From Candidatus Limnocylindrales bacterium (GTDB taxonomy: Bacteria > Chloroflexota > Limnocylindria > Limnocylindrales > CSP1-4), in contig JBBJNS010000003.1 in the NCBI GenBank assembly GCA_037720745.1, forward strand, positions 1 to 47,118: a stretch of 47,118 nucleotides of DNA, given 5' to 3'. This document shows positions 20,253 to 29,347 of this stretch, one piece after another. The notes under the pieces were generated by a model. That model was not told where the DNA came from, ran no database searches, and worked only from the letters and a program-made list of their open reading frames with translations. The first letter of the stretch is position 1; each line of letters starts with the position of its first letter. A program made the translations under genes and the position numbers.

Positions 20253-20651
20253 CTAGGGCCGCGGCACGCGGAGCTTCCCGCCCAGCGGATCAAGCCCGTT
20301 CTGGTGCGCCCAGTCGATCACCTGAGGAGCGGCCCCCCACTGGGCGATGGTGCCCTGCTGGCTCTGGATCTCGCGACGCATCTGGTCCTGTTCCACGAGG
20401 AGGCGACTTACCTCCACGTTCAGGGCACCGACCTGCAGCATCTGCGTGAGGTAGACCAAGCCCACCAGAAAGGCGCACACCACGGCGACCAACGCGAAGA
20501 GGACCGGTGCGGGACGCCGCTGGACCCGTGAGCGCGCACGGCGTGAACGTCGCTCGAAGGGCGCGGCGTGGCGGACCTTGGGCAGGGGCCCCGTGAGCGG
20601 CCGCGCGGCGGGCATCACGGCTCGCGGTCGGGTTCCCTGATAGACGGCCAT
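20253..20651 (-). CDS. ftsL: FtsL-like bitopic coiled-coil protein
   Basis: Basic cytoplasmic N-terminus, one TM and a heptad coiled coil; sits directly upstream of ftsI. Called from architecture and synteny. Confidence 0.65.
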   Translation of the reverse strand: MAVYQGTRPRAVMPAARPLTGPLPKVRHAAPFERRSRRARSRVQRRPAPVLFALVAVVCAFLVGLVYLTQMLQVGALNVEVSRLLVEQDQMRREIQSQQGTIAQWGAAPQVIDWAHQNGLDPLGGKLRVPRP

Positions 20652-20842
20652 CAGGCTGCCTTCCCACGGTCACGTCGATGCAGCATCTCGGGCGCCAGCT
20701 CAGCTGCAGCCGACCATGCCGAGCCGCGCGGCCACTCGCTCATCGGCGGCTCCAGCTCCGCGGGCTGTGCTGCGCGCCGCCGGACGTCACGCTGGCGAGG
20801 ACCGTAGTTACGCCGACGGGAGGCGTGGTGGCCGCGGCTCAC
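20651..20842 (-). CDS. Hypothetical 63-aa Arg-rich protein
   Basis: The GTG overlaps the rsmH stop (GTGA) and the TGA overlaps the ftsL ATG (TGATG), so it exactly fills the gap. Confidence 0.5.
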   Translation of the reverse strand: MSRGHHASRRRNYGPRQRDVRRRAAQPAELEPPMSEWPRGSAWSAAAELAPEMLHRRDRGKAA

Positions 20843-21810
20843 GCTGCCAGCCTCCGCGCCACGCGTAGGTGCGCGCTGCGAGAGCGGGGGTTGGCCTCCA
20901 CCTCCGCCTCGGTGGGCCGCTGGGGCTGTGGCCCGACGGGCGCCAGCCGTGGGGTGCGTCCGCAGACGCAGACCGGAAAGGCCGGCGGGCAGACGCAACC
21001 ACGTCGCTCGGCGGCCACGAAACGCTTCACGATGCGATCCTCCAGGGAGTGATAGCTGATGACGGCCAGGCGGCCCTCGGGACGCAGGAGCTCCACTGCC
21101 GCGGCGAGCGCCACGGGCAACGTCTCCAACTCACGGTTCACGGCGATGCGCAGGGCCTGGAAGACGCGCGTCGCGGGATGGATGCGGGGGCCCTTGCGAT
21201 GCCCGTCCCGGCGCCGGTCAGAACGGGCCGGTGCGGCCTTCTCGATCAGGTAGGCAAGTTCGCGGCCCGTGCGCAGCGGCGCCTCATCGCGCTGAGTGAC
21301 GATAGCCATCGCGATCCGGCGGGCGTGGGGCTCCTCGCCGTAGCGACGAAAGAGGTCGACCAGTCGCCGCTCATCGAGCTCGGCCAGGAGTTCATGAGCC
21401 GGACGGCCCTGGGAGGTGTCGAAGCGCATGTCCAGCGGCCCGTCCGCTCTGAAGCTGAAGGACCGGTCCCCGTCGGCCAGCTGCTGGGAACTCAGCCCAA
21501 GGTCGAAGAGGACGCCCTGGACCTGCCCGAACCCCGCCTCGGACGCCTCCTTGCCGAGCTGCTCGAAATTGGCCTGGCGCAGGACCGCGCGGTCACCGAA
21601 ACGGCCCAACCGCTGCCGTGTCCTGGCGATGGCCGCCTGGTCGGCATCGACGCCGAGCAGGCGGCCACCAGGCGTGGACGCCTCCAGGATCCGAAGGGCG
21701 TGCCCCCCGCCGCCGACCGTCGTATCGATCTGGAAGCTGCCCGGAACGGGTGAGAGAGCCGCCATGACCTCCTCCACCATCACGGGCAGATGCCCTTCTT
21801 CCACGTTCAC
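20839..21810 (-). CDS. rsmH: 16S rRNA m4C1402 methyltransferase RsmH (MraW)
   Basis: HLPVM, GGGGH, DLGLSSQQL, GPLDMRFD, HPATRVFQALRIAVNREL, ISYHSLEDR and NPRSRSA motifs. Confidence 0.96.
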   Translation of the reverse strand: MNVEEGHLPVMVEEVMAALSPVPGSFQIDTTVGGGGHALRILEASTPGGRLLGVDADQAAIARTRQRLGRFGDRAVLRQANFEQLGKEASEAGFGQVQGVLFDLGLSSQQLADGDRSFSFRADGPLDMRFDTSQGRPAHELLAELDERRLVDLFRRYGEEPHARRIAMAIVTQRDEAPLRTGRELAYLIEKAAPARSDRRRDGHRKGPRIHPATRVFQALRIAVNRELETLPVALAAAVELLRPEGRLAVISYHSLEDRIVKRFVAAERRGCVCPPAFPVCVCGRTPRLAPVGPQPQRPTEAEVEANPRSRSAHLRVARRLAA

Positions 21811-21859
21811 GACCTGTCTGCGGCGAGCCCCTTCGGATCCTGGAGGCTCATTTGTTGCG

Positions 21860-22288
21860 CTAGATGCCCAGTCCCTGGAGGTGCCCAGCAAGGACCTCCG
21901 GCGCGTCCATCTCGGCGCTGTAGCTCGACCAGCGGGCCAGTGACCACAGCTCCAGGTGATCCCGCGAACCGACCACTACGGTCTCCCCTTCCAGCTCCGC
22001 GAACTCGCGCAGGACTGCCGGGACGACCAGGCGCCCCTGTCGATCGAGCTCGACCTCGAAGGCCGTTCCGAAGAGGAACCGCTGGAAGGTCCGGGCTCCA
22101 GCGTCGGTGACGGGCAGGCTGGCCGCGCGTTCGGCCAGTGCGTCCCAGGCAGGCCGCGGGAAGATGGCCAGGCAGCCGTCGATCCACTTGCTCACCAGCG
22201 CGCCGCCGGCGAGTTCCGCCCGGAAGCGGACAGGGACGGCGATGCGCCCCTTCTCATCCACCGAATGGCGGTACTCGCCCGTGAACAT
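21860..22288 (-). CDS. mraZ: Transcriptional regulator MraZ
   Basis: MFTGEYRHSVDEKGRIAVP...ELDRQGRLVVP gives two DxxGR repeats; 142 aa. Confidence 0.96.
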   Translation of the reverse strand: MFTGEYRHSVDEKGRIAVPVRFRAELAGGALVSKWIDGCLAIFPRPAWDALAERAASLPVTDAGARTFQRFLFGTAFEVELDRQGRLVVPAVLREFAELEGETVVVGSRDHLELWSLARWSSYSAEMDAPEVLAGHLQGLGI

Positions 22289-22361
22289 GCTGCCGTGCTG
22301 CCTCGTTCGGGTGCGGTATCCACCGCCGACCCGACTTGGGCCGCCCGGGGCGGGTTTATCA

Positions 22362-22431
22362 CCGCTTCTCCCCACTTTGCGCCACTTGACGCCACCGACG
22401 GCCATAGTACCCCGTCCGGGGCGGTCGTCAA
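22362..22431 (-). promoter_or_regulatory. mraZ/dcw promoter with an MraZ-binding repeat array
   Basis: TTGACG (22426-22431)-N16-TACTAT (22404-22409), followed by GTGGCGTCAA GTGGCGCAAA GTGGGGAGAA GCGG: four G(T/C)GG boxes at exactly 10-bp period. Confidence 0.8.
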
Positions 22432-22660
22432 GTGACCAGGCGGAGAAAGGGGCGAAAGGCGGCTGATGCGGCCGGGAGCACCTGGGAAAGGACCGTCCCG
22501 CCGTGGGTCCCCGAGCCCCGGCGGCGAGGCGTCTACCGTGGAGAGTACTAATCGGGTATTGAAGCTGCGTCAGGGGCACTGCTACGGTCTTGTTCGACCC
22601 GTGTGAGCTCACCTGACCGAGCGTCTCAGCCGATACGCGCCAGCCCCAGATAGAGGTCCC

Positions 22661-22984
22661 GTGGCCCTTCTTCAGCCGCACCCCCGCAAGACCTTGCCAC
22701 AGCAGCCCTTGAAGCTTTCGCCCCTGGGCCGGATCGAGCTCGTCCAGCCCATACCGGATGTTCGGCCTGCGCTGGTGCCGCGGGCAGCGGAGCATCTACG
22801 ACGCTGCACGTTCCGCCGCGTTACCGTCGTGCATCCCGCCCAGCGCGGCATGGCCACGTCCTACGAGGTGGAGTGCCTGTATGCCGGGCGCGAGGCGCCG
22901 CTGTCACTGGGCGACCTGGCGGCCGCGCGGCGGATCTGCGATCCGTGTGGCAATCCGGGCATCTTCCGCGCCGACGAGGACTGA
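22661..22984 (+). CDS. Hypothetical 107-aa protein with four Cys including CDPC (possible Zn-binding)
   Basis: AGAGGT RBS before GTG 22661; divergent from mraZ and convergent on rnpB. Confidence 0.6.
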   Translation: MALLQPHPRKTLPQQPLKLSPLGRIELVQPIPDVRPALVPRAAEHLRRCTFRRVTVVHPAQRGMATSYEVECLYAGREAPLSLGDLAAARRICDPCGNPGIFRADED

Positions 22985-23031
22985 CGGCTAGGCGTCCGCC
23001 ACCTTCACGAGCGCCTGGGGCGGTCGGCGTC

Positions 23032-23403
23032 AGCGTCAGCGAGACGGCCTGTAAGCCGAGTTCTGTCCCGTGGCCGAAACCGCGGGGACGGTCATCCATC
23101 TACGGTCGACGGTCGCCCGTCGCCTCTAGCGGCCGACCCGAGAGCGGGGCGACGCACCCCTTCCGCGACACCCTTGCGGACGCCCGGAGGCCCTCCTATT
23201 TGGCCTTGCACCAGGTAGAGCTTGCCCGTTTCACCCGGCCCAGCCGGCCGAAGCCGACCTGCCGGTTCGTCACTGTGGCGCTGGTCCTCGCCTCGCGGCG
23301 GACGGGAGTTACCCGCTACCCTGCGTCGCGGAGCTCGGACTTTCCTCGTACCGGCCGGGTCTCCCCGACCTGCACGCGACCGTCCGACCGTCTCGCTGAC
23401 GCT
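23032..23403 (-). ncRNA. rnpB: RNase P RNA (bacterial)
   Basis: Minus strand carries the universal motifs GAGGAAAGTCCGAGC and ACAGAACTCGGCTTA. A 16-bp perfect terminal pairing (23032-23047 with 23388-23403) forms P1, and TAGGAT lies just upstream as a -10. Confidence 0.95.
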
Positions 23404-23447
23404 CCGATCCTACTCCATCGCGCCGGCCACCGACCCTCGCGGCGGGT

Positions 23448-24782
23448 CTATCGGTGCGCCAGGTACCGCTCGGCAGACCGCTCAACGGCGGCAGGCCCGT
23501 CGGTGGGCGTCACGCGGCCCTCCCAGAGCGAGTAGATGCGCTCGTAGCGGAAGGGCTCGAGCGTCTCCACGATGCGTCGAACGTCGGCGTCAGCCAGCGG
23601 GATCAGGTTGGGAAATGAGTACATGAAGCTGACCCAGCGCCGGTCGGAGACGACCGTGATCGAGTCACCGGTCAACAGCGCCCCACGGCCGTCGGCGCCA
23701 GCTGCCCAATGCAGCACTGTCGAGCCGGGGAAGTGGCCGCCCGTGTTGACCAGCGTGATGCCCGACAGGATCTCCAGCGACTCACCTTCCCAGAGGCGCA
23801 GCCCGGGACCCGGGTACTGCACCCACTCCTCATCCGCGGCGTGGATGTAGACGGGACAGTCCCCGAAGGCCGCGCTCCACGCGGTCATCGCGTCATAGAA
23901 ATGGGGATGAGAGATCGCGATGGCCGCGATGCCACCAAGCTCGCGGACCCGTGACACGGTGACCGGGTCGAGCAGCGTGATGCAGTCCCACAGGACGTTG
24001 CCGGCGGATGTCTGGATCAGCAGGGCACGCTGACCGATGGCGAACTTCGGCTCCGTGCCGATGCTCACCAGACCGGGCTCCTCCTCGGTGAAATGGTTGC
24101 GATGTCCCGCTGTCACGAGCTGCGCCATGGTCGTCCAGCGCTGGCCCTCCCAGCCCACGTACTGCCGATCGTCCTCGCAGATGGGACAGGCGACGGGTGG
24201 TTCCAGCGAGAGCGGGTACTGAACACCGCAGGTGGCACAGATCCAGGCCTCGGGCCGCGGTCCGAGCGCGGCGGATATGGTGCTGCCCAGCTCAGGCGAC
24301 GCGGCGCCTGACCAGAGTGCCGCCTGAACCTCGCCGGCTGAGCCCGCCTCCGCATGCCGGGCTGCCGCCGGGTCGTCCAGTGCCAGGTTGGCCAGGGCGT
24401 CGGCCGCGCGATTGGAGGCCCGACCCTCGTGTCGTGCGCTCCAGCGGCTGAACCCCTTGAGCGCTGTGCGTGCCTGTCGGTGAAGAGTGATGAGCGTCGG
24501 CTCCTTGACCCGCCAGCGACCCATGAGCTGCTCCACGACCAGCTTGGAGTCGAGCACCAGCTCGACCTCCGAGGCGCCCATCTCGGCCGCACGCTCCAGG
24601 CCCAGCACGACCGCCGTCCACTCGGCGAAGTTGTTGGTGCGGATGCCCAGGGGTCGTGCGATGACCGCCACAGGCGCCGCGTCGGGTTCCCTGGCACCGG
24701 GCCGATCCGCGTCGATGATCACGGCTCCCGCCGACGCCGGGCCCGGGTTGCCGCGTGCCGCCCCGTCGGCCCGGATGAGCAC
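23448..24782 (-). CDS. Fusion of ribonuclease HI (archaeal/actinobacterial type), Cys4 zinc ribbon and metallo-beta-lactamase-fold hydrolase
   Basis: N-terminal ADGAARGNPG, TNNFAEW, LDSKLVVEQ and NRAADALAN; then CATC...CPICEDDRQY, ISHPHFY, GGHFPGS and LTGD in one frame with no stop. Start is GTG 24782 or CTG 24854. Confidence 0.85.
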   Translation of the reverse strand: MLIRADGAARGNPGPASAGAVIIDADRPGAREPDAAPVAVIARPLGIRTNNFAEWTAVVLGLERAAEMGASEVELVLDSKLVVEQLMGRWRVKEPTLITLHRQARTALKGFSRWSARHEGRASNRAADALANLALDDPAAARHAEAGSAGEVQAALWSGAASPELGSTISAALGPRPEAWICATCGVQYPLSLEPPVACPICEDDRQYVGWEGQRWTTMAQLVTAGHRNHFTEEEPGLVSIGTEPKFAIGQRALLIQTSAGNVLWDCITLLDPVTVSRVRELGGIAAIAISHPHFYDAMTAWSAAFGDCPVYIHAADEEWVQYPGPGLRLWEGESLEILSGITLVNTGGHFPGSTVLHWAAGADGRGALLTGDSITVVSDRRWVSFMYSFPNLIPLADADVRRIVETLEPFRYERIYSLWEGRVTPTDGPAAVERSAERYLAHR

Positions 24783-24850
24783 TCGACGAAGGCCAGCGCT
24801 GGAACCCGACGTCGCGCCTCCCGGACCTCGTCCTGCGCCCGACGGCTCGC

Positions 24851-25549
24851 TCAGATGCGGCGCTCCACGATGGCGCCCGAGACCTCCAGGATGGCGCGGG
24901 TGATGTCGATGCCGCGCGGGCAGGCCTCGGTGCAATTGAAGATCGTCCGGCAGCGCCACACGCCGTCCTTGTCGGCCAGGATCTCCAGCCGCTCGTCCGA
25001 GCCCTCGTCGCGGGAGTCGAAGATGAAGCGGTGAGCGTTGACGATGGCGGCCGGCCCCACGTAAGAGTCCTTGGCCCAGAAGGAGGGGCAGGAGCTGGTG
25101 CAGGCCGCGCACATGATGCACTTGGTCGTGTCGTCGTAGCGGGCACGGTCCGCCGGAGACTGGAGCCGCTCGCGGGCGGGCATCTGTCGCTCGTCGATCT
25201 GGAAGGGCAGCACGGAGCGGTACTTGGCGAAGAAGTCGTCCATGTCGACCACCAGGTCCTTGATCACCCCGAAGCCGGGCAGCGGAGCCACGGAGATCTT
25301 CTTGCCCAGTTGGTCGATGCGGATCTTGCAGGCCAGCCGGTTGCGCCCGTTGATGAGCATCGCGTCCGAGCCACACACGCCGTGCGCGCACGAGCGCCGG
25401 AAGGTCAGCGTCCCGTCCTGCTCCCACTTGACCGTGTGCAGGAGGTCGAGCACCCGGTCCATGGGTCCCGACTCGACCGCGTAGGACTCCCAATGAGGCT
25501 TCTTGTCCCGCTCGGGGTCGTAGCGAAGGATGCGCAGATCGACCTGCAT
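24851..25549 (-). CDS. sdhB: Succinate dehydrogenase iron-sulfur subunit
   Basis: RRSCAHGVCGSD, CIMCAACTSSCP and CRTIFNCTEACP motifs. Confidence 0.96.
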   Translation of the reverse strand: MQVDLRILRYDPERDKKPHWESYAVESGPMDRVLDLLHTVKWEQDGTLTFRRSCAHGVCGSDAMLINGRNRLACKIRIDQLGKKISVAPLPGFGVIKDLVVDMDDFFAKYRSVLPFQIDERQMPARERLQSPADRARYDDTTKCIMCAACTSSCPSFWAKDSYVGPAAIVNAHRFIFDSRDEGSDERLEILADKDGVWRCRTIFNCTEACPRGIDITRAILEVSGAIVERRI

Positions 25550-25562
25550 GTCGCTCCTGACT

Positions 25563-27323
25563 CTAGTAAGTGCGGGGCTTGGGCTCGAAGCGCGTGATGG
25601 TCACGGGCTTGTAGCGGATCTCCGGGTCGCCGTCGGTCTTGTAGACAAGGGAGTGCTTCAGCCACTCGCCATCGTCGCGTTCAGGGTGGTCCTCACGATA
25701 ATGGCCGCCGCGACTTTCGGTTCGGGCACGGGCCGCCGCCACAGTGGACTCGGCGCAGTCGATCAGGTAGCCCAGCTCGCGCGCCTCCAGCAGGTCCGTG
25801 TTGTAGACGCGTCCACGATCCGAGATGGCGGCTTTGCGGTAGCGCTGGCGCAGTGTACGGATCTCGCCGGTGAGCTCGCTCAGGCCCTCCTCACTTCGAA
25901 ACACGCCGCAACGTTCCATCATCGCGTCGGCCAGCTCGGCACGGATGTGAGCTACGTTCTCGCCGTGGGCGCGCGTCCGCAGTGCCTCCAACTCCTCGCG
26001 CACCGGCTCGGAGGCATCGAGTGCCACCTCCGGCAGACCCCCGCCGGCCACATCCTTGGCCATGGACAGCCCCGCTCGGCGCCCGAAGACGAGGATGTCG
26101 ATCAGCGAGTTGGTGCCCAGGCGGTTGGCGCCGTGCACGCTCACGCAGGCACACTCACCCGCGGCATAAAGGCCTGGCAGCACGGTGTTGCGCTCGTCGA
26201 CCACGACACGTGCCTCTATGTCCGTGGGCACGCCGCCCATGGCGTAGTGGGCGGTCGGGGTGATGGGCACCGGCTGGGTGATCGGCTCGATGCCCTGGTA
26301 GACCCGCGCGAACTCCGTGATGTCGGGCAGCTTGGAGTCGATGACCTCCTTGCCCAGGTGCGTCAGGTCAAGATGGACGAAATCCTGGCCATCCACGCCG
26401 CGGCCCTCACGGATCTCCATGTAGATGGCCCGGCTGACCATGTCCCGTGGTGCCAGCTCCATGAGGGTCGGCGCGTAGCGCTCCATGAAGCGCTCGCCCT
26501 TGCCGTTGCGCAGGTAGCCGCCTTCCCCTCGCGCCGCCTCGGAGAGCAGGATGCCGATGCCCACGATACCGGTCGGGTGGAACTGGTAGAACTCCATATC
26601 CTCGAGTGGCACGCCGCGCCGGTAGGCCAGCGACACTCCATCACCGGTGAGCGCATGGGCGTTGGATGTGATGCGGAAGATGCGCCCGAAGCCTCCGGTG
26701 GCGAGCAGGACAGCCCCGGAGCGGAAGACGTGCAACTCTCCGTCCGCGATGCGGTAGGCCACCACGCCCCGGGTCAGGCCCCCGTCGATGAGCAGATCGA
26801 CCACGTGGTACTCATCGAAGAACCGTACCCCGTGCTTGATGCACTGCTGGTAGAGCGTCTGGAGGATCATGTGGCCGGTGCGGTCGGCGGCGAAGCAGGA
26901 GCGCCGGACAGGAGCCTCGCCATAGTTCCGTGTGTGGCCGCCGAAGCGCCGCTGGTCGATCTTGCCGTCCGGGGTCCGGTTAAAGGGCAGGCCCAAGTGC
27001 TCCAGCTCGATGACCGTCTCGATGGCCTCGCGTGCCAGCACCTCCGCGGCATCCTGGTCCACGAGATAGTCGCCACCCTTCACGGTGTCGAACATGTGCC
27101 ACTCCCAGTGGTCTTCCTCGTGGTTGCCCAGCGCCGCGCAGATGCCACCCTGTGCCGCGCCGGTGTGCGAGCGCGTCGGGTAGAGCTTGCTGAGCACGGC
27201 CGTCTTGACGCCCGTCCGTGCCAGCTCAAGAGCAGCGTAGAGGCCCGCGCCGCCGGCGCCGACGATGACCGCCTCGTACTCGTGAGCGACCATCTGGCGG
27301 CTGAGTGGCTGTCGGTCCATCAC
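25563..27323 (-). CDS. sdhA: Succinate dehydrogenase flavoprotein subunit
   Basis: [16 protein letters not shown] (covalent FAD His), QFHPTG, HYAMGG and HGANRLG motifs. Alternative start ATG at MVAHEY. Confidence 0.96.
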   Translation of the reverse strand: MMDRQPLSRQMVAHEYEAVIVGAGGAGLYAALELARTGVKTAVLSKLYPTRSHTGAAQGGICAALGNHEEDHWEWHMFDTVKGGDYLVDQDAAEVLAREAIETVIELEHLGLPFNRTPDGKIDQRRFGGHTRNYGEAPVRRSCFAADRTGHMILQTLYQQCIKHGVRFFDEYHVVDLLIDGGLTRGVVAYRIADGELHVFRSGAVLLATGGFGRIFRITSNAHALTGDGVSLAYRRGVPLEDMEFYQFHPTGIVGIGILLSEAARGEGGYLRNGKGERFMERYAPTLMELAPRDMVSRAIYMEIREGRGVDGQDFVHLDLTHLGKEVIDSKLPDITEFARVYQGIEPITQPVPITPTAHYAMGGVPTDIEARVVVDERNTVLPGLYAAGECACVSVHGANRLGTNSLIDILVFGRRAGLSMAKDVAGGGLPEVALDASEPVREELEALRTRAHGENVAHIRAELADAMMERCGVFRSEEGLSELTGEIRTLRQRYRKAAISDRGRVYNTDLLEARELGYLIDCAESTVAAARARTESRGGHYREDHPERDDGEWLKHSLVYKTDGDPEIRYKPVTITRFEPKPRTY

Positions 27324-27327
27324 CGTC

Positions 27328-27723
27328 TCAGGTCTCCAGCCCCGGCAGGGTAAAGACGACCAGGCTGCCTATCACGAACAGGATCCCGGCCAGTATCCAC
27401 ATGGCGGACATGATCACCACTCGCGCCCGCGCCCCATGGAAATAGTCCAGGATCACCGTGCGCATCCCGACGAATGAGTGGAATAGAACGAGCATCAGCA
27501 GTGTCCAGTCGAAGGCACGCCAGAACAGGTTGTTCCATCGTTCGCGCGTCACGAACTCAGAGGTCTGCTCGGCCGGATCCCAGATGAAATGCAGGATGCT
27601 GAAGTGCGCCAGCGCCATGACGAAGAGCAGCACGCCAGTGACGCGCATCAGATACCAGATGGCGACTTCCGTGCCCCGTCCCGAAGGCTTCACCCGTCCA
27701 GAGGAACGCGGAGAGACGCGCAT
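27328..27723 (-). CDS. sdhD: Succinate dehydrogenase hydrophobic anchor subunit
   Basis: WYLMRVTG and [14 protein letters not shown]; three TM segments. Confidence 0.9.
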   Translation of the reverse strand: MRVSPRSSGRVKPSGRGTEVAIWYLMRVTGVLLFVMALAHFSILHFIWDPAEQTSEFVTRERWNNLFWRAFDWTLLMLVLFHSFVGMRTVILDYFHGARARVVIMSAMWILAGILFVIGSLVVFTLPGLET

Positions 27724-28139
27724 CAGTTGACCCCCATAGCGCGCAGCAGACCGTCCAGGTGCTCACGATAGAGAGGCAGCAGTATGATCGCCGCACCCGG
27801 TAGCCCCAGACCGAAGAAGATCAGCCAGTTCAGCCACCATATCTTGCGATGATGGACGGTCATGGCCGGCCACAGATCGATGATGATGATCCGCATACCG
27901 TTCAGCGCGTGATAGAGCAGCGCCGCGCCCAGCAACACTTCCATGATCCGACCGGGAGCGCTGGCGTAGAAGGCCAGCAGCTCGTCATATGCGTCGGGGT
28001 TGCCGCCGATGAGGTAGATGTCGATGACGTGCAGGATGACGAAGAGCCAGACCGCGACACCACTGATGCGGTGAAAAGCCCAGGCGATGGTGCCCTCGCG
28101 TCCTCGATAGCGGAATAAAAGCCCCAGATAGCGAGGCAC
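27723..28139 (-). CDS. sdhC: Succinate dehydrogenase cytochrome b556 subunit
   Basis: YRGREG, HRISG and YHALNGMRIIIID motifs. Confidence 0.92.
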   Translation of the reverse strand: MPRYLGLLFRYRGREGTIAWAFHRISGVAVWLFVILHVIDIYLIGGNPDAYDELLAFYASAPGRIMEVLLGAALLYHALNGMRIIIIDLWPAMTVHHRKIWWLNWLIFFGLGLPGAAIILLPLYREHLDGLLRAMGVN

Positions 28140-28194
28140 TCAGCCCACCTCACGAGTCGACGGGAGGATCTCTCTCACCGAGACGAGATGACGC

Positions 28195-29226
28195 TCAACC
28201 GACCGCAGCAGGTGCGGCGGCGCCGGCGACCCGACCAGCCACGGCCTTCGCGAAGGCGCTGGTGCTGGCCGTGCCACCCAGATCCCGGGGCCGCGACACG
28301 CCCTCCCCGATGACGCCTCGCGTGGCTGCTTCGACGCGGTTCGCCGCCTCCACTTCGCCGAGGTGGCGCAGCATCAGTGCTCCGGAGAGGATGAGCGCCG
28401 TGGGATCGGCGATGTCCAGACCGGCATATTTGGGGGCGGACCCGTGGACCGGCTCGAAGACGGCTGCTTCCATGCCGATGTTGGCGCCCGGCGCGACGCC
28501 CAGGCCACCCACCAGTCCGGCCGCCAGATCGCTCACGATATCGCCGTAGAGGTTAGGCAGGACCAGCACGTCATACAGCTCCGGTTTCTGCACCAGCTGC
28601 ATGCACATGTTGTCGACGATGCGGTCCTCGAACTCGACACGTCCTTCATATTCCAGTGCCACCGTCCGACAACACTCCAAAAAGAGACCGTCGCTCATCT
28701 TCATGATGTTGGCCTTGTGTACGGCCGTCACCTTACGCCGGTTATTAGTCACGGCGTACTCGAAGGCGTAACGCGCGATGCGCATCGACGCCTGGCGGGT
28801 GATGATCTTGATGGACTCCGCGGCGTCGGCACCGACCATGTGCTCGATGCCCGCATACAGATCCTCGGTATTCTCACGGACGATGACCAGGTCAACGTCC
28901 TCGTAGCGCGACTCCAAACCCGGGATGGAACGTGCGGGGCGGAGGTTGGCGTACAGGTCGAGCGCTTGGCGAAGCGTCACGTTGACGGAGCGGAAGCCAC
29001 CGCCGATCGGCGTCGTGATGGGACCCTTGAGCGCCACGCGGTTGCGCCGTATGGACTCCAACACCTCGTCTGGTAACGGTGTGCCGTGGCGCTCCAACAT
29101 GGCCTCGCCCGCCTCGACACGTTCCCACTCGAAGGCGATCCCGGTGGCATCGAGGACGGTCACGGCGGCGTCGGCCAGCTCGGGCCCGATGCCGTCGCCG
29201 GGGATGAGCGTCACGCGGTAGGTCAC
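28195..29226 (-). CDS. icd: Isocitrate/isopropylmalate dehydrogenase family, probably NAD-dependent isocitrate dehydrogenase
   Basis: [46 protein letters not shown] and EPVHGSAP motifs in a TCA context. GTG 29226 lies 7 nt after TACGAT; alternative ATG 29235. Confidence 0.85.
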   Translation of the reverse strand: MTYRVTLIPGDGIGPELADAAVTVLDATGIAFEWERVEAGEAMLERHGTPLPDEVLESIRRNRVALKGPITTPIGGGFRSVNVTLRQALDLYANLRPARSIPGLESRYEDVDLVIVRENTEDLYAGIEHMVGADAAESIKIITRQASMRIARYAFEYAVTNNRRKVTAVHKANIMKMSDGLFLECCRTVALEYEGRVEFEDRIVDNMCMQLVQKPELYDVLVLPNLYGDIVSDLAAGLVGGLGVAPGANIGMEAAVFEPVHGSAPKYAGLDIADPTALILSGALMLRHLGEVEAANRVEAATRGVIGEGVSRPRDLGGTASTSAFAKAVAGRVAGAAAPAAVG

Positions 29227-29347
29227 GACCGGCATCGTACCGCAGGAGTCGGCACCGGGCGGGCCGGGCATGGGAGTCGCGTCACCACCACGTCTCGCGT
29301 GGGACGATGCGGCGCGCGAGCGGGCCCTCCTGTACCATCGGCGCCCC

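Noticed and set aside
21807-21851. 14-aa mini-ORF (MSLQDPKGLAADRS) coupled to the rsmH start
   Set aside because: Too short to tell from chance without conservation data.
23448-24250. Antibiotic-hydrolysing metallo-beta-lactamase
   Set aside because: There is no signal peptide or HxHxD(H) motif, and an N-terminal Cys4 ribbon is present; only the fold is shared.
24855-25493. 681-aa version of the RNase H-MBL ORF
   Set aside because: The upstream part overlaps sdhB out of frame and reads as low-complexity shadow sequence.
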